A program made the position numbers and the translations under genes. DNA of 64,000 bases from NCBI GenBank assembly GCA_963747275.1, contig CAVVEI010000014.1, positions 159,047-223,046 of the forward strand, given 5' to 3'. This document shows positions 44,749 through 55,003 of the stretch, piece after piece (position 1 is the stretch's first letter; each line of letters opens with the position of its first letter). The DNA is from an uncultured Actinomycetes bacterium (GTDB lineage Bacteria; Actinomycetota; Thermoleophilia; RBG-16-64-13). The notes under the pieces were generated by a model, which was not told the origin of the DNA, did no database searches, and worked only from the letters and a program-made list of their open reading frames with translations.

Positions 44749-44851
44749 GTTCACCCCGCTGACCGCAGGCATACGTTGGTCGTCTATCGCCGAAAGAGTG
44801 GGAAGGCCTTGCCGTGCAAAGCCCTCCCACATCCAGTCGGCGCGATTCGTG

Positions 44852-45734
44852 CTACAGCTTGATGAATCCCAGGTTCAGAGACTCGTCCTTGATGGTCACG
44901 GCGGCGGAGTGCTTCTTGCCGGCCGCGTCCACCTCGAGCAAGTACTCCCCGTTCGCCAATCCGTCGAATTTAAAATCTCCGAAGCAGTTCGTCAGTCGCC
45001 GTCGCCAGAACAGAGGTGTCCTGGCAGTTGGCGACACCGGCGCCGGAAAGGGTGCAGGCGATCCCCCCCTCTTTTGAGTGAAGAGTGGCAGTCGCGTTCT
45101 CAAAGCAGTCGCCATCGACCAATACGCCCCCAGCGATGAAGTTCTTGGTGTATCTGTGCAGGTTCTTGTACAGCGTGGTCGGTTTGGCTCCGAGTTCCGG
45201 CCGGTACGCTTCCAGTCCATCGTCGGCGATCATCTTCTCCATCTCGGCCGGCTCGACAAAGTAGGTCTTCATCGCGTCGGTAGGGCAGATGTGTGCGCAG
45301 CGAGTGGTGTGCGGCTTCCAGGTGGGGTCGTCGAGCAGGTGCGCACAGAAGATGCACTTCTGTGCGATGTTCGCATCCGCGTTCCACCACATGGCGCCAT
45401 ACGGGCAGGAATCGACAAGCTCCTTCATGCCCTTGGCCTTCTCCATGTCGATCATGACGATGCCGTCCTCGCGCCGGGTGATGGCGCCGTTGCTGGCGGC
45501 CACGCAGGGCGCGTTCTCGCAGTGCTGGCATGGCACCGGCAGATAGGCTACGTCGTTTCTGGCGTACTGCCCGCGCTCGCGGCGAAGGATGTCAACCCAC
45601 CTATGCCCGTGACGGGGCTGGGCAGCCGTATAGCCGGGCCAATCGTTGCCGACGAACTCGTCCTTGTCGGCCATGAAGCAGTTGTTGCAGTCGTGACACA
45701 GGGCCACGTCGATAACCTTGTACCATTGCTTCAT
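44852..45734 (-). CDS. Molybdoenzyme Fe-S beta subunit (3x[4Fe-4S] ferredoxin domain + C-terminal beta-sandwich), like pyrogallol-phloroglucinol transhydroxylase small subunit (frameshift near 45050)
   Basis: CHDCNNC..., CQHCENAPC, CPYGAMWW, CIFCAH...CAHICP cysteine clusters. C-terminal ...FGDFKFDGLANGEYLLEVDAAGKKHSAAVTIKDESLNLGFIKL sits in the adjacent frame (44852-45220). Confidence 0.7.
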
Positions 45735-45782
45735 CTTGCAGGCTCCTTATCAGTCAAATGGGATGAATCGAATCCTCTAGGG

Positions 45783-48380
45783 TCACTTGACCTCGTAGGT
45801 CCCACCGTCCCACTTCTCGACTTCTATCTGGGCGGAGTTGGGAGCCATGCCGCTAGCGTACTTAGACATGTAACGGTCGGGCGAAAGGATGTTCATGCAC
45901 CCGCCGCGGTCGGCAGACCGTCCCGGCTTGCCAAGCGGATTGTACTCAGCGCAAGATTCATAGGTGTGCACGGTGCCGGGCTGCGTACGCTCGCCGACCT
46001 GGGCGCAGACGATGACTGAGCCGCGGTCGTTGTAGGCGCGCACCAAGTCGCCGCTCTTGATGCCGCGGGCGGCAGCGTCCACCGTGTTGATGCGCAAGAT
46101 CCAGTAGTAGTGGCCGTCCACCAGGACACGGTGGTCCTTGATGTCGTTCATGAAGCTGTCCTTGCCGTCACCCATGGTGTGAAACGAGAACCGGGGGTGC
46201 GGGGACAGCATCCCGAGGGGATACTTCTTGGCAAGCTCGCAGCGCGGGCCTTCCCATGCGGGAACATAGGTGTGCATGGCCGGTCGGTGCTCGTCCACGA
46301 AGCCTTGCTCCTCGAAGTTCTTGAGGCTGGTGGAGATGAACTCGACCTTGCCGGTGCTGGTCTGCAGGCCCTTGCGGCCCACCTGGTTGTTGAGACGCGG
46401 GCCCCAGTCGGGCGTGTCTTTCTCGCGGTTCTCGGCGAACCAACGAAGAGCCGGCGTCTTCTTGCGCTTCGGGTTGTCGGGCACGATGAAGTAGCCCTTC
46501 TCCTTGAACTGCGCGAAGGTCATGTGCTTGGGCATGTCGGTGGCGTTGTAGTACTGCTCCACCCACTCCAGATCGGTCTTGCCCTCGGAGAACATGGGAC
46601 CGATGCCCAGTTTGTCCGCGATCATGCAGTAGATGTCGTAGTCGGACTTAGAATCGCCCACCGGCTCGATACATTTGGCCTGCAGCGAGATCACTCGATG
46701 GTTGCACTGCCCGTAGGTGTCGGGGATGTACCCGGAGCAATTGGCGAACTCCGAGATATCCCAGCGCTCGAAGTTGGTGCAGGCCGGCAGGACGAGGTCG
46801 GCGAACTGCACCTCTCCCTCGTTCCAGATGGACTGACTGACGACGAACTCCAGGCTCGGGTGCGTGTACATCTGAGCGTAGCGGTTGGTGGCCGTCATGG
46901 TGCCTATCCAAGGTCCGCCGTACTTCCACAGCATCTTGATCTTGGGATACCCGGGAGCCGGGTATTGGTACTGGTGCATCTGGTGCTGGATGTCCCCGCC
47001 GCAGAAGCCCTTGCCCGACCACTGGAACTCGCCGTCCATGATGCACTCGGGCACCTTGAGGCGCGGGATATGCTGGCCAGCGCTGGTGTTGATGTTGGAG
47101 GGTGAGGGGAAGGTGGTCTTGCCGTCGAACATGCGCCAGGCGAACTTGAAGCCCGCGGCTGAGTTCTCGCAGTCGCCCGAGATGCCGCCTTCGGCGTAGC
47201 CCGGGAAGTAGAAATCGTAGTCGACGGGCGTACCCTGGGTGGTCGAGTATATGTTGGAGCCCGGCTTGCCCATGCCCTGCATGGTGGCTAGGGCGATCAT
47301 GCCGCGGGCCCATTCGATGCCGTGAGATGCCCTGCAGGCGCCGCCCCATCCGCCAAGGCCGCCGGCGGCCAGCATGGTCTTCTTCTTGGCCCACTGGCGG
47401 GCCAGCGCCCTGATCTCACAGGCCGGCACGCCGGATTCGGCTTCTGCCCATTCGCAGGTCTTGGGAACGCCGTCGGTCTTGCCGAGCACGTAGTCGGCCC
47501 ATTCTTCGAAGCCGTGGGCGTGAGTCGCCACGTACTCCTTGTCGTAGGTCCCTTCTGTCAGCCACGTGTAGGCTATGCCGAAGGAGAGCGCATGATCGGT
47601 GCCAATTTTGGGCGAAAGCCACTTGTCGCCGATGAGACCGGCAGTGTGGTTGTAGAACGGGTCGATGAAGACCATCTGGATACCCAGGTCTTTCATCCAG
47701 AAGCGGCGTGGCGTGGACTCATGAGCGGAGTAGATGCCGGTGTTCACTTCGGGGTCCGAAGACCAGAACACGATCATCTCGGTATTCTGCAGAGTGTCTT
47801 CAAGCAGATCGTACTGCTCGGGGTTGCCGAGGCGCCAGCTGAAGCCCCACATATGCATCCCGCCCCAGTGCCAACCTTCCCAACTGTCGGGATTGTGGTC
47901 GGCATAGGTGAAGCCCATCATGTTCATGAAGCGGAAGTAGGTGCTGTGCCGATAGCCCACGTTGCCCCACATATGGTGCGAGCTCGGGCTGGAAAGGATA
48001 GCGGCCGGACCGGCTTCGCGCTTCACACGATTGATCTCGCTGACCAGGAGGTCCGTGGCCTCATCCCAAGAGATCCGCTCATACCCTGATATGCCCCGGT
48101 TCTGGATGTTGCGCTCGCCGTTGGGGTCGAAGTCCACGCGCTTCATCGGGTAGGGCACGCGTCTGTCCGAGTAGATCATGGACTTGAAGCCAGCGGTGTA
48201 CACCGAGACCGACGTCTTACGGGGAGGCGAGAAAGTCTGCCCTCTCGCTTCGATCTTCCATGACGCCGCGTCGGTCTCTTCCAGATCCATCGGGGTCATT
48301 CTGACGATCTTACCGTCCTCGACGTACACGAATACCGGACCGCCGGTTGACGAGTTCGTCATGCGAACCACTTTGCTCAT
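45783..48380 (-). CDS. Molybdopterin (bis-MGD) oxidoreductase catalytic subunit lacking the N-terminal Fe-S Cys motif and Tat signal, like pyrogallol-phloroglucinol transhydroxylase large subunit
   Basis: 865 aa, intact ORF. N-terminus MSKVVRMTNSSTGGPVFVYVEDGKIVRMTP has no CxxCxxxC and no RR motif. MGD-binding regions (HHMWGNVGYRH, TNFERWDISE, GGWGGACRASHGIEW). Sits in tandem with the 3x[4Fe-4S] beta gene. Confidence 0.75.
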   Translation of the reverse strand: MSKVVRMTNSSTGGPVFVYVEDGKIVRMTPMDLEETDAASWKIEARGQTFSPPRKTSVSVYTAGFKSMIYSDRRVPYPMKRVDFDPNGERNIQNRGISGYERISWDEATDLLVSEINRVKREAGPAAILSSPSSHHMWGNVGYRHSTYFRFMNMMGFTYADHNPDSWEGWHWGGMHMWGFSWRLGNPEQYDLLEDTLQNTEMIVFWSSDPEVNTGIYSAHESTPRRFWMKDLGIQMVFIDPFYNHTAGLIGDKWLSPKIGTDHALSFGIAYTWLTEGTYDKEYVATHAHGFEEWADYVLGKTDGVPKTCEWAEAESGVPACEIRALARQWAKKKTMLAAGGLGGWGGACRASHGIEWARGMIALATMQGMGKPGSNIYSTTQGTPVDYDFYFPGYAEGGISGDCENSAAGFKFAWRMFDGKTTFPSPSNINTSAGQHIPRLKVPECIMDGEFQWSGKGFCGGDIQHQMHQYQYPAPGYPKIKMLWKYGGPWIGTMTATNRYAQMYTHPSLEFVVSQSIWNEGEVQFADLVLPACTNFERWDISEFANCSGYIPDTYGQCNHRVISLQAKCIEPVGDSKSDYDIYCMIADKLGIGPMFSEGKTDLEWVEQYYNATDMPKHMTFAQFKEKGYFIVPDNPKRKKTPALRWFAENREKDTPDWGPRLNNQVGRKGLQTSTGKVEFISTSLKNFEEQGFVDEHRPAMHTYVPAWEGPRCELAKKYPLGMLSPHPRFSFHTMGDGKDSFMNDIKDHRVLVDGHYYWILRINTVDAAARGIKSGDLVRAYNDRGSVIVCAQVGERTQPGTVHTYESCAEYNPLGKPGRSADRGGCMNILSPDRYMSKYASGMAPNSAQIEVEKWDGGTYEVK

Positions 48381-48430
48381 TCTGCCTCCTCCTTCTTATG
48401 CGCAGGCACTCGGCCTGCTGTCTACCCCGG

Positions 48431-49885
48431 CTAGGCGAAATACTTGTCCAGGTCTACGTCTACGAACTGGGACCGCTCGAACAGGTCCTTCATGTGCATG
48501 GGCACCGTGCAATCGAAGATGGTCTTGCAGCCGATACCGCTGTCTCGCAACATCGGGTTGAACTCGCGCGTAGACGAGACATCCAGTGAGTGGCCCCGCA
48601 CTCCCGGTATGAAGATGGTACTCACATCGCCCTGGTAGCGCGTTGTCATGGCCCACATGACATCGCCCAGGTCGAAGGGGTCGACGTCGTCATCCACGAC
48701 GATCACGTGCTTGAGTTCATAGAAAGCCGCGAGTGCGGTCAGCGCGGCCTGACGCGGGCGTCCCTCGTCGCTCGAGATCCGCTTGTTGACCTGCATGACT
48801 GCCAAGTACTTGCCCCCGCCCGGTGAAGCGAGGTAGACGTTCTTCAGGAAGCCGGGCATGGCGTCTTCGACCAAGCGGAAGATGCTGGCCTCTGTTGGAA
48901 GACCCGCGAGTGTCACATGCTCCTCTCCTGGGCCAACCAAGATCTGGAAGATCGGCTTCACGCGGTGGGTGATGCCCGTGACTCGCAAGAGAGGCTGGCG
49001 CGACTGAGCAGTGCCCACGTAGCCAGGAAACTCAGGCATCGCCCAACCGCCGCCACTGAGCGCATCCTCGTCCACATACTCCCCGGGCCTGAACTCGCCC
49101 TCGAGGACTATCTCCGCACGGGCGATGGCCTTGGCACGCTGTGTGACGCACTCCACCAACTCTACCGGCCGATTGCGCAGCCCTCCGGCGACGGTCAGTT
49201 CATCAAAGCCCAGAGGAGTGGTAGGGGCTTCGAAAGAGGTGGCGACATATATGGCGGGATCGAGGCCTATGCTGACCGAGACGGGCAGGCTCCTGCCCAG
49301 CCTCTCCGCTTTCTGGTGGAATACGCCGATGTGTCGCCCGGCAGAAATGCTTACGCTCAGAGTGTCCGGCCCGTGGATGCACATACGGTGGATGGTGACG
49401 TCGGAGGCGCCGGTCTCGGGGTCCTCCGCCCGGAGCAGGGCCATGGTCAAGAATGCCCCCGCGTCCTTCTTGGAGGACACGATGGGCGGGATAACCTCGC
49501 GGATGTCAAGTGGTGCCTTGATGACCACTTCTTGGCAGGGAGCTGCTGTGGCGGGCACGACGACCGGAGCTACCGGTCGCTCCAACGCGGCGACTAGGTC
49601 GAACATCAGTCGCTCCTTGGTGCTATTGAGCAGGAGCGCGGCTCGAGTCCGGCTCGCCAGCACGCCCGCGACTACGGACGTAGAGCTGCCCTTGACGTTC
49701 TCAAACACCATGGCCGGCCCTATCTGGGTAGGCGGCGCGGTCGGCGTGCCGGACCCGACCCTGCGATAGACTCCCGCGAGCTCAAGGTAGGGATCTACCT
49801 CCACCTTCGTAGAGACCAGTTGCCCGGGAATCTCGGCAAGAAAGTCTAGCGCAGTGCGCAGGTCGCTGATCTCGTCAACCCTCAT
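48431..49885 (-). CDS. UbiD-family (prFMN-dependent) aromatic acid decarboxylase (gallate / hydroxybenzoate decarboxylase-like)
   Basis: 484 aa, intact. Conserved UbiD features (VFENVKGS, ...GGWAMPEFPGYVG..., ...VMWAMTTRYQ). Operonic with the transhydroxylase-like genes. Confidence 0.8.
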   Translation of the reverse strand: MRVDEISDLRTALDFLAEIPGQLVSTKVEVDPYLELAGVYRRVGSGTPTAPPTQIGPAMVFENVKGSSTSVVAGVLASRTRAALLLNSTKERLMFDLVAALERPVAPVVVPATAAPCQEVVIKAPLDIREVIPPIVSSKKDAGAFLTMALLRAEDPETGASDVTIHRMCIHGPDTLSVSISAGRHIGVFHQKAERLGRSLPVSVSIGLDPAIYVATSFEAPTTPLGFDELTVAGGLRNRPVELVECVTQRAKAIARAEIVLEGEFRPGEYVDEDALSGGGWAMPEFPGYVGTAQSRQPLLRVTGITHRVKPIFQILVGPGEEHVTLAGLPTEASIFRLVEDAMPGFLKNVYLASPGGGKYLAVMQVNKRISSDEGRPRQAALTALAAFYELKHVIVVDDDVDPFDLGDVMWAMTTRYQGDVSTIFIPGVRGHSLDVSSTREFNPMLRDSGIGCKTIFDCTVPMHMKDLFERSQFVDVDLDKYFA

Positions 49886-49913
49886 GAATCAAACTCCTGG
49901 TCGTGAACGAACC

Positions 49914-50802
49914 CTAGTTCAGGTCTTTGGCGCTTTGGTCGCGTCTTCGTATCACGCGCGCAACATACTGCTTTGCGCGCTCCCAGATCTCCATCAACCC
50001 ACCTGGAAGAAGAAGCACGACAATGACGAACAAGACGCCAAAGATGATCTGATGCACGTCGGGTAGGGTGGTAGCCAGCCGTTCACGCACCAAAACGAAG
50101 AAGATGGCCCCGATCAACGGACCGGACACGGTGCCCAAGCCTCCGATGTAGGCGATCATCAGAGCCTCGAACGTGAAGGTGGGGGAGAAGGGAGCCTCTG
50201 GGTAGTAGCTGATTCCCTGGAAGGCGAACAGGGCTCCGGCAAAGCCCATGAACAGGGCGCTAACACCAAGAGCGAGCAGTTTGTGCCGGAGAACGTGCAC
50301 CCCTGTGGCCTGGGCCGCCTCTTCGTCCTCGCGGACACCCAGGATGCCTAGACTCCAGCGCGAGCGCAGGAGCAGGTAGGCCGCCATGCAGGTGGCTATC
50401 GCGAGGGCCAAGCGTCACCCAGTAGCGCAGCGGAAGGTTGTACGAAGCGATCATCTTGCCCGACATGGTGGATATATAGGGTTGGTTCTGACTGATGGTG
50501 ATCCGCAGCACCTCCGCCACCGCCAAGGTACCGATGGCAAAGTAGGCGCCGCGCAGGCGGAAGGTCGGGGCACCGATGATCATGGCGAAGGTGACCGCCG
50601 CCATGCCCGCCACGAGGAACGCCAGCACGAAGGGCACCCCCTGGAACCATAGTACGCGGGCGATGAGCGCACCTATACCGAAGAACGCTGCGTGACCCAG
50701 GCTGGTCTGTCCAGCGAAACCGCCGAGAATGTTCCAGCTCTGCCCCATCGCGACGCCGAGAGCCATCAGGAAGAACAGGTTCCATGTGTTGTCTTTGCCC
50801 AT
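49914..50802 (-). CDS. Liv-type (HAAT family) ABC permease LivM-like (frameshifted)
   Basis: Pieces 50260-50802 and 49914-50411 both carry BPD_transp_2 features. Confidence 0.6.
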
Positions 50803-51785
50803 CAGTGGGGGAACAAGACGGCGACAAAGGCAGGGCTACGACTCGCCCCAGGAGTGAGCCAGCGCCGGGAGGGCTTCAAGAGAGAGGTCTTCCCAGGAGT
50901 CGACGTCTTCATCATTTCCTCACAAACAGTCCCTGCGGACGCAGGATCAAGCACAAGCAAGAACAAGACCAAGCCGATGACTTCCTTGTAGGTCTGGGCG
51001 AGATACGTCCCCGCCAGAGCTTCGACGACCCCCAAGAGGATGCCAGCGGGTAACGCTCCCAGGATGCTGCCTGTACCGGCAAGGACTATGACTATCATCG
51101 CCTTGAGGGTCCAGAGCATGCCGATGCTGGGCATCAGAGAGTAGGTGAAGGTCACAAACTGTCCCGCGACGGCCGCGAGGGCAGCACTCAGGGCGAAGGT
51201 GAGCATGTAGACACGGTTGATGTTGATGCCCGCCAGTTCCGCGGACTCATAGTCTTCGGCGGTCGCGAGGATAGCCTTGCCCGGATAGGTCTTACGCAGG
51301 AAGAGGTGTAGAGCCACGGTTATGACCAGCACGATTCCCAGCGTGATCAGCCGCGTCCAGGGCAGAACCACCCCGTAGATGTTGAGGCCTTCGCCGGCGT
51401 AGGAGACCTGCACCGACCGCTCGTCGCCCGTGAAGACCGCCTGAGCCAGGTTCTGAAGGACTAGACCAAGGCCAAAGCTCACCAGGAGGGAGTTCTTGAT
51501 CTTCTCCTCGCCCAACTGCCGAACGATGTGCCGGTAGACGATGCGGTCGAGGATAAGACCGACGATGAATATCGCCGGGATGACGATGATGAGAGAAAGG
51601 AAGGGATCCCATCCAAGCGCCGTGAAAGCCCAGAAACCCGCATACCCACCAAGCATGACCAATTCGCCGTGAGCGATGTTGAGTATCTTCAGCACCCCGA
51701 AGACCAAGGCCAAGCCCATGGCTGCTATGCCGTAGATCGCCCCGGCGAAGATACCGAAGACCAGGGTCTGCATAAAACCGCTCAT
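50802..51785 (-). CDS. Liv-type ABC permease LivH-like (frameshift at C-terminus)
   Basis: [48 protein letters not shown]... Confidence 0.7.
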   Translation of the reverse strand: MSGFMQTLVFGIFAGAIYGIAAMGLALVFGVLKILNIAHGELVMLGGYAGFWAFTALGWDPFLSLIIVIPAIFIVGLILDRIVYRHIVRQLGEEKIKNSLLVSFGLGLVLQNLAQAVFTGDERSVQVSYAGEGLNIYGVVLPWTRLITLGIVLVITVALHLFLRKTYPGKAILATAEDYESAELAGININRVYMLTFALSAALAAVAGQFVTFTYSLMPSIGMLWTLKAMIVIVLAGTGSILGALPAGILLGVVEALAGTYLAQTYKEVIGLVLFLLVLDPASAGTVCEEMMKTSTPGKTSLLKPSRRWLTPGASRSPAFVAVLFPH

Positions 51786-52529
51786 TGTCTCCCTCGAGCA
51801 CGGGCGCCGGACAGATGCCCAAGTAGGCCTGCTGGACCCGGTCGTCGTGCAGGAGCTCCTGCCCACCACCCGTGCCGGCGATCCGGCCCTGCTCCAGGAT
51901 GTAGGCACGGTTAGCCAATTCGAGGGCCTGCAGAGCGTTCTGCTCCACCAGGAAGATGGTCACTCCCTGCGCGTTCATGTGCTTTGATGGTCTCGAAGAT
52001 GCTCTCCACCACCAGAGGCCCCAGCCCAGCGACGGTTCGTCGAGCATGAGGAGCTTCGGCACTCCCATGATGGCCCGGCCGATGGCGAGCATCTGCTGCT
52101 GGCCGCCGCTCATGGTGTTCGCACGCTGACTCTTGCGGTCGGCCAGCAGAGGGAAGAGCTCGTAGACAAGCTTCAGGGTTTCCGCGCGCACCGCTCGTGG
52201 CCCGTTTCGAATAGGCGCCCAACTCCAGGTTGTCGAGCACAGTCAGACCACCGAAAAGCCGCCGTCCCTCGGGCACCAGGATGACCCCTTCGTCGACGAT
52301 GTGGTAGGCCGGCATGGTGTGCAGAGCCTTGTCGCGCCAAGTGTGACGGTGCCCGACTTGAGAGGCAGTTGAGACCGGCGATTGCGCGCATCAGGGTGGT
52401 CTTACCCGCTCCGTTCGGCCCGATCAGGGCGACGATCTCGCCTTCTTCCACGTCCAGCGATACATCCCACAGCGCTTGGATGTCTCCGTAGGCGACGCTG
52501 ACGTCTCGTATCTGCAGAAAACTCAGACA
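51782..52529 (-). CDS. Liv-type ABC ATPase LivF-like (frameshifted; boundaries approximate)
   Basis: [42 protein letters not shown] Walker [17 protein letters not shown] signature, LMLDEPSLG. Confidence 0.6.
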
Positions 52530-53258
52530 TGGAGTGACTTCCCAAGATAGGCGTCGATGACATTCTGGTTGCACGAGATCTCGGGCCGCGTGCCTTGGGC
52601 GATCAGACTCGCCCGCGCTCAGCACCACGATGCGGTCGGCCATGCCGAACACCGCCTTGACCAGGTGCTCCACCATGATGATGGTGATGCCCATGTCGCG
52701 GATGCTCCGGATGAGATCCATGGAGGTCAGGACTTCGGAGGGATTGAGCCCGGCAAGTAGCTCGTCCAAGCAGCAGCAGCTTCGGCTTGGCCGCCAATGC
52801 CCGGGCCAGCTCGAGACGCTTGCGGTCGACCAGACGTCAGACTCTTGGCCTTTTCGATGCGCGCGCGAGGCCAAGTCCCACTATCTCGAGACTTTCGATC
52901 GACGCCTTCTCGGCCTTGGACCGGCTGCTTGATGGGGTCGCGTCCGTACACCCTTCCCATAGCCGCGTTGTCGAGCACCGTCAGCTCTGGGAAAGGTCGT
53001 ACCAGTTGGAACGTGCGCGAGATGCCCATCCGGCATCGGGCGTGAGGGGCGACCTTGGTGATGTCTTCGCCTTCGAAGACGATCTTGCCCTCGGTCGGGA
53101 GGATAGACACCGGTGATGAGGTTGAACAGGGTGGTCTTGCCGGCACCGTTGGGGCCGATCAGACCCATGATGTGGCCCTCCGTCACCTCCGTCGTGACCT
53201 GATGGACAGCCATCAGCCCCTTGAAGGCTTTGGAAACGTTTTCCAGATTCAGCAGCAA
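52527..53258 (-). CDS. Liv-type ABC ATPase LivG-like (frameshifted at least twice; boundaries approximate)
   Basis: [43 protein letters not shown]. The middle and C-terminus are in other frames (52727-53146, 52173-52874). Confidence 0.6.
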
Positions 53259-53378
53259 GCTAGTACCCCTGTGTGAATACTTGTTCGTGACGCCGTCGTG
53301 CTGCGGTTCCGCTGGTTATGAAGGCCTGGGGGCCACGCCGGTGGCGTGGCCCCCAGGATCATGTCTGACTGCTACTAG

Positions 53379-54604
53379 TTACCGACCTGCCCAGGGAGCC
53401 GACGGATAGATAGGAGCACCCTTGGCGATATCGGCCGGGAAGACAAGCACCTGCTTGCCACCCTGCCACATGACGACGGGATCGAGAACACTAGAGGTCC
53501 CGTCTTCCTTGAACTGCACGTTGCCTACCATGGTATCCAGATTGGTCGCGGCCATCGCGTCGCGGATGGCGGTGCGATCGACGCTGCCGGCGCGGCTGAT
53601 GGCGTCGGCCGCGATCTGAACGCAGGAGTAAGCAGGACCGACCAGCGCAGCGGCGGGCTTGTCGTATGCCGCCTTGTAGCGCTCGGACATTTCGGCGATG
53701 CCCGCGTACGGCAGCTGGTTGTTCCAGCCGGGCAGCAGGTAGACACCGTCGCTGTCGGCACCCAGGTTCTCACCGAAGGTCGGCGGGTCTGGGGCGCGGA
53801 CCAGGAAGTAGACCTAGGCGTTCCAACCCAACTCCTTGATCTGCTTCATCAGAGCCAGACCATCAGGGCCGGTCGGGTAGGCCAACAGGACTTCAGCCCC
53901 AGCGGCTCTTGGCGGGCATGATCATGGACGGAGAAGTCGGTCGTACCAGGAGCGTACTCGACGGTGCTGATCTCATAGCCGCCGCGGTAGTGGCTTCGTC
54001 GGTCCAGTACTGCGCCAGCTCCTTGCCGCCGTCGGTGGTCTCCTGGAAGATGATCACCTTGGTGGGCTTGGGAGAGAAGGAATCCAACAGATCGAAGGTG
54101 GCCTTCGCGTGGTCCACCGATTTCGGGAAGGGCGAGAAGAGGTACTTGAAGCCCTGCTGGTGAACCGACATCAGGGAGAAGGCGATGCCCAGATAGGCGA
54201 TCTTGTTCTTCTCGGCGATGCCGGCCGCAGCCGCGTGCAGGTCACTGCCCGCGCCGCCCAGATAGGCCACAACTCCGTTGGAGTTCTGAGTCTCGAGCTG
54301 CTGAACGGTCTTGGTCGGGTCGGACTCATCGTCGAGGACGACCAGTTCGAGCGGGACCTTGGTGCCGGCTATGTCAACACCACCGGCGGCGTTGATGTCG
54401 GCGACCGCAAGTTCGTACCCGTTCTTGACCTGTTCGCCCAGACCGGAGTACTTGCCGGTGAGCGGGATGACCGCGCCGAGCTTGATCGTGTCAGGGAGTA
54501 CCACCGTCGTAGTGGTCTGCGTCTTCTCCACCGCACCCAGCGAGGAGGGCACCTGCGAACACCAACAAACCTACGGCAACGAGTAGAAGTAGAGCCCGCT
54601 TCAC
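53379..54604 (-). CDS. Liv-type (Peripla_BP_6) substrate-binding lipoprotein (at least three frameshifts)
   Basis: GTG start VKRALLLLVAVGLLVFAGALLAGC (lipobox LAGC), then AVEKTQTT...LGAVIPLTGKYSGLGEQVKNGYELAV... . The C-terminus is in ORF 53379-53690. Confidence 0.65.
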
Positions 54605-54859
54605 AGCAACAGTCGCTTTACGCGATTCTCTTTCCACAGCAACCCCCACAATTCAGAAACTTTACCGAGGCATGGCCCGTTGGTATCTTCCTATCGCATA
54701 CTCCTTTCCTTCACATCACCTTCAGTGGCAGGGAATCTGCGCCACAGCGTGAGGTGATATACAACTGACGGCAGAAACAAGGACTTCTTTATCCCCGGTC
54801 TGACTGGCGGCAAAACACCCGCGCCGATGACTCGCATTGGCCCCGGCTTGTCCGCCATC

Positions 54860-55000
54860 AGAAGAATATAGACTATGCCATGCTATTGCAATACTACGAG
54901 AACACAAATTCTTACAACTGTTTAGATTAGTCTATAGTCTATATAGTGGCATCAGCCTAGTGGCATCAGCCTATGTCATGGAATCAGTCTATATAATGGC
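54860..55000. promoter_or_regulatory. AT-rich (~35% GC) divergent control region with repeats: TAGTCTATA x3 direct (+1 inverted at 54867-54875), tandem TAGTGGCATCAGCC x2 (54944-54971), TATAAT at 54992-54997
   Basis: GC content drops sharply relative to the ~68% background. The repeats can be read directly from the sequence. The TATAAT is 6 nt upstream of the TetR ATG at 55004, the same leaderless arrangement seen at the paralogous TetR at 44053. Confidence 0.5.
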
Positions 55001-55003
55001 TTC

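Noticed and set aside
44852-49885. Reading the Mo-enzyme as a Tat-exported respiratory reductase (DMSO-reductase or catechol dehydroxylase type)
   Set aside because: The alpha N-terminus has neither an RR motif nor a Cys-cluster. There is no membrane anchor subunit gene. The beta subunit carries the extra C-terminal beta-sandwich. All of this points to the cytoplasmic transhydroxylase-like architecture
54840-55003. AT-rich segment as a possible horizontally inserted or mobile element remnant
   Set aside because: Only ~160 bp. No integrase, terminal inverted repeats or target duplication. The segment sits exactly where a divergent promoter/operator is expected and carries a -10 box correctly spaced to the TetR start
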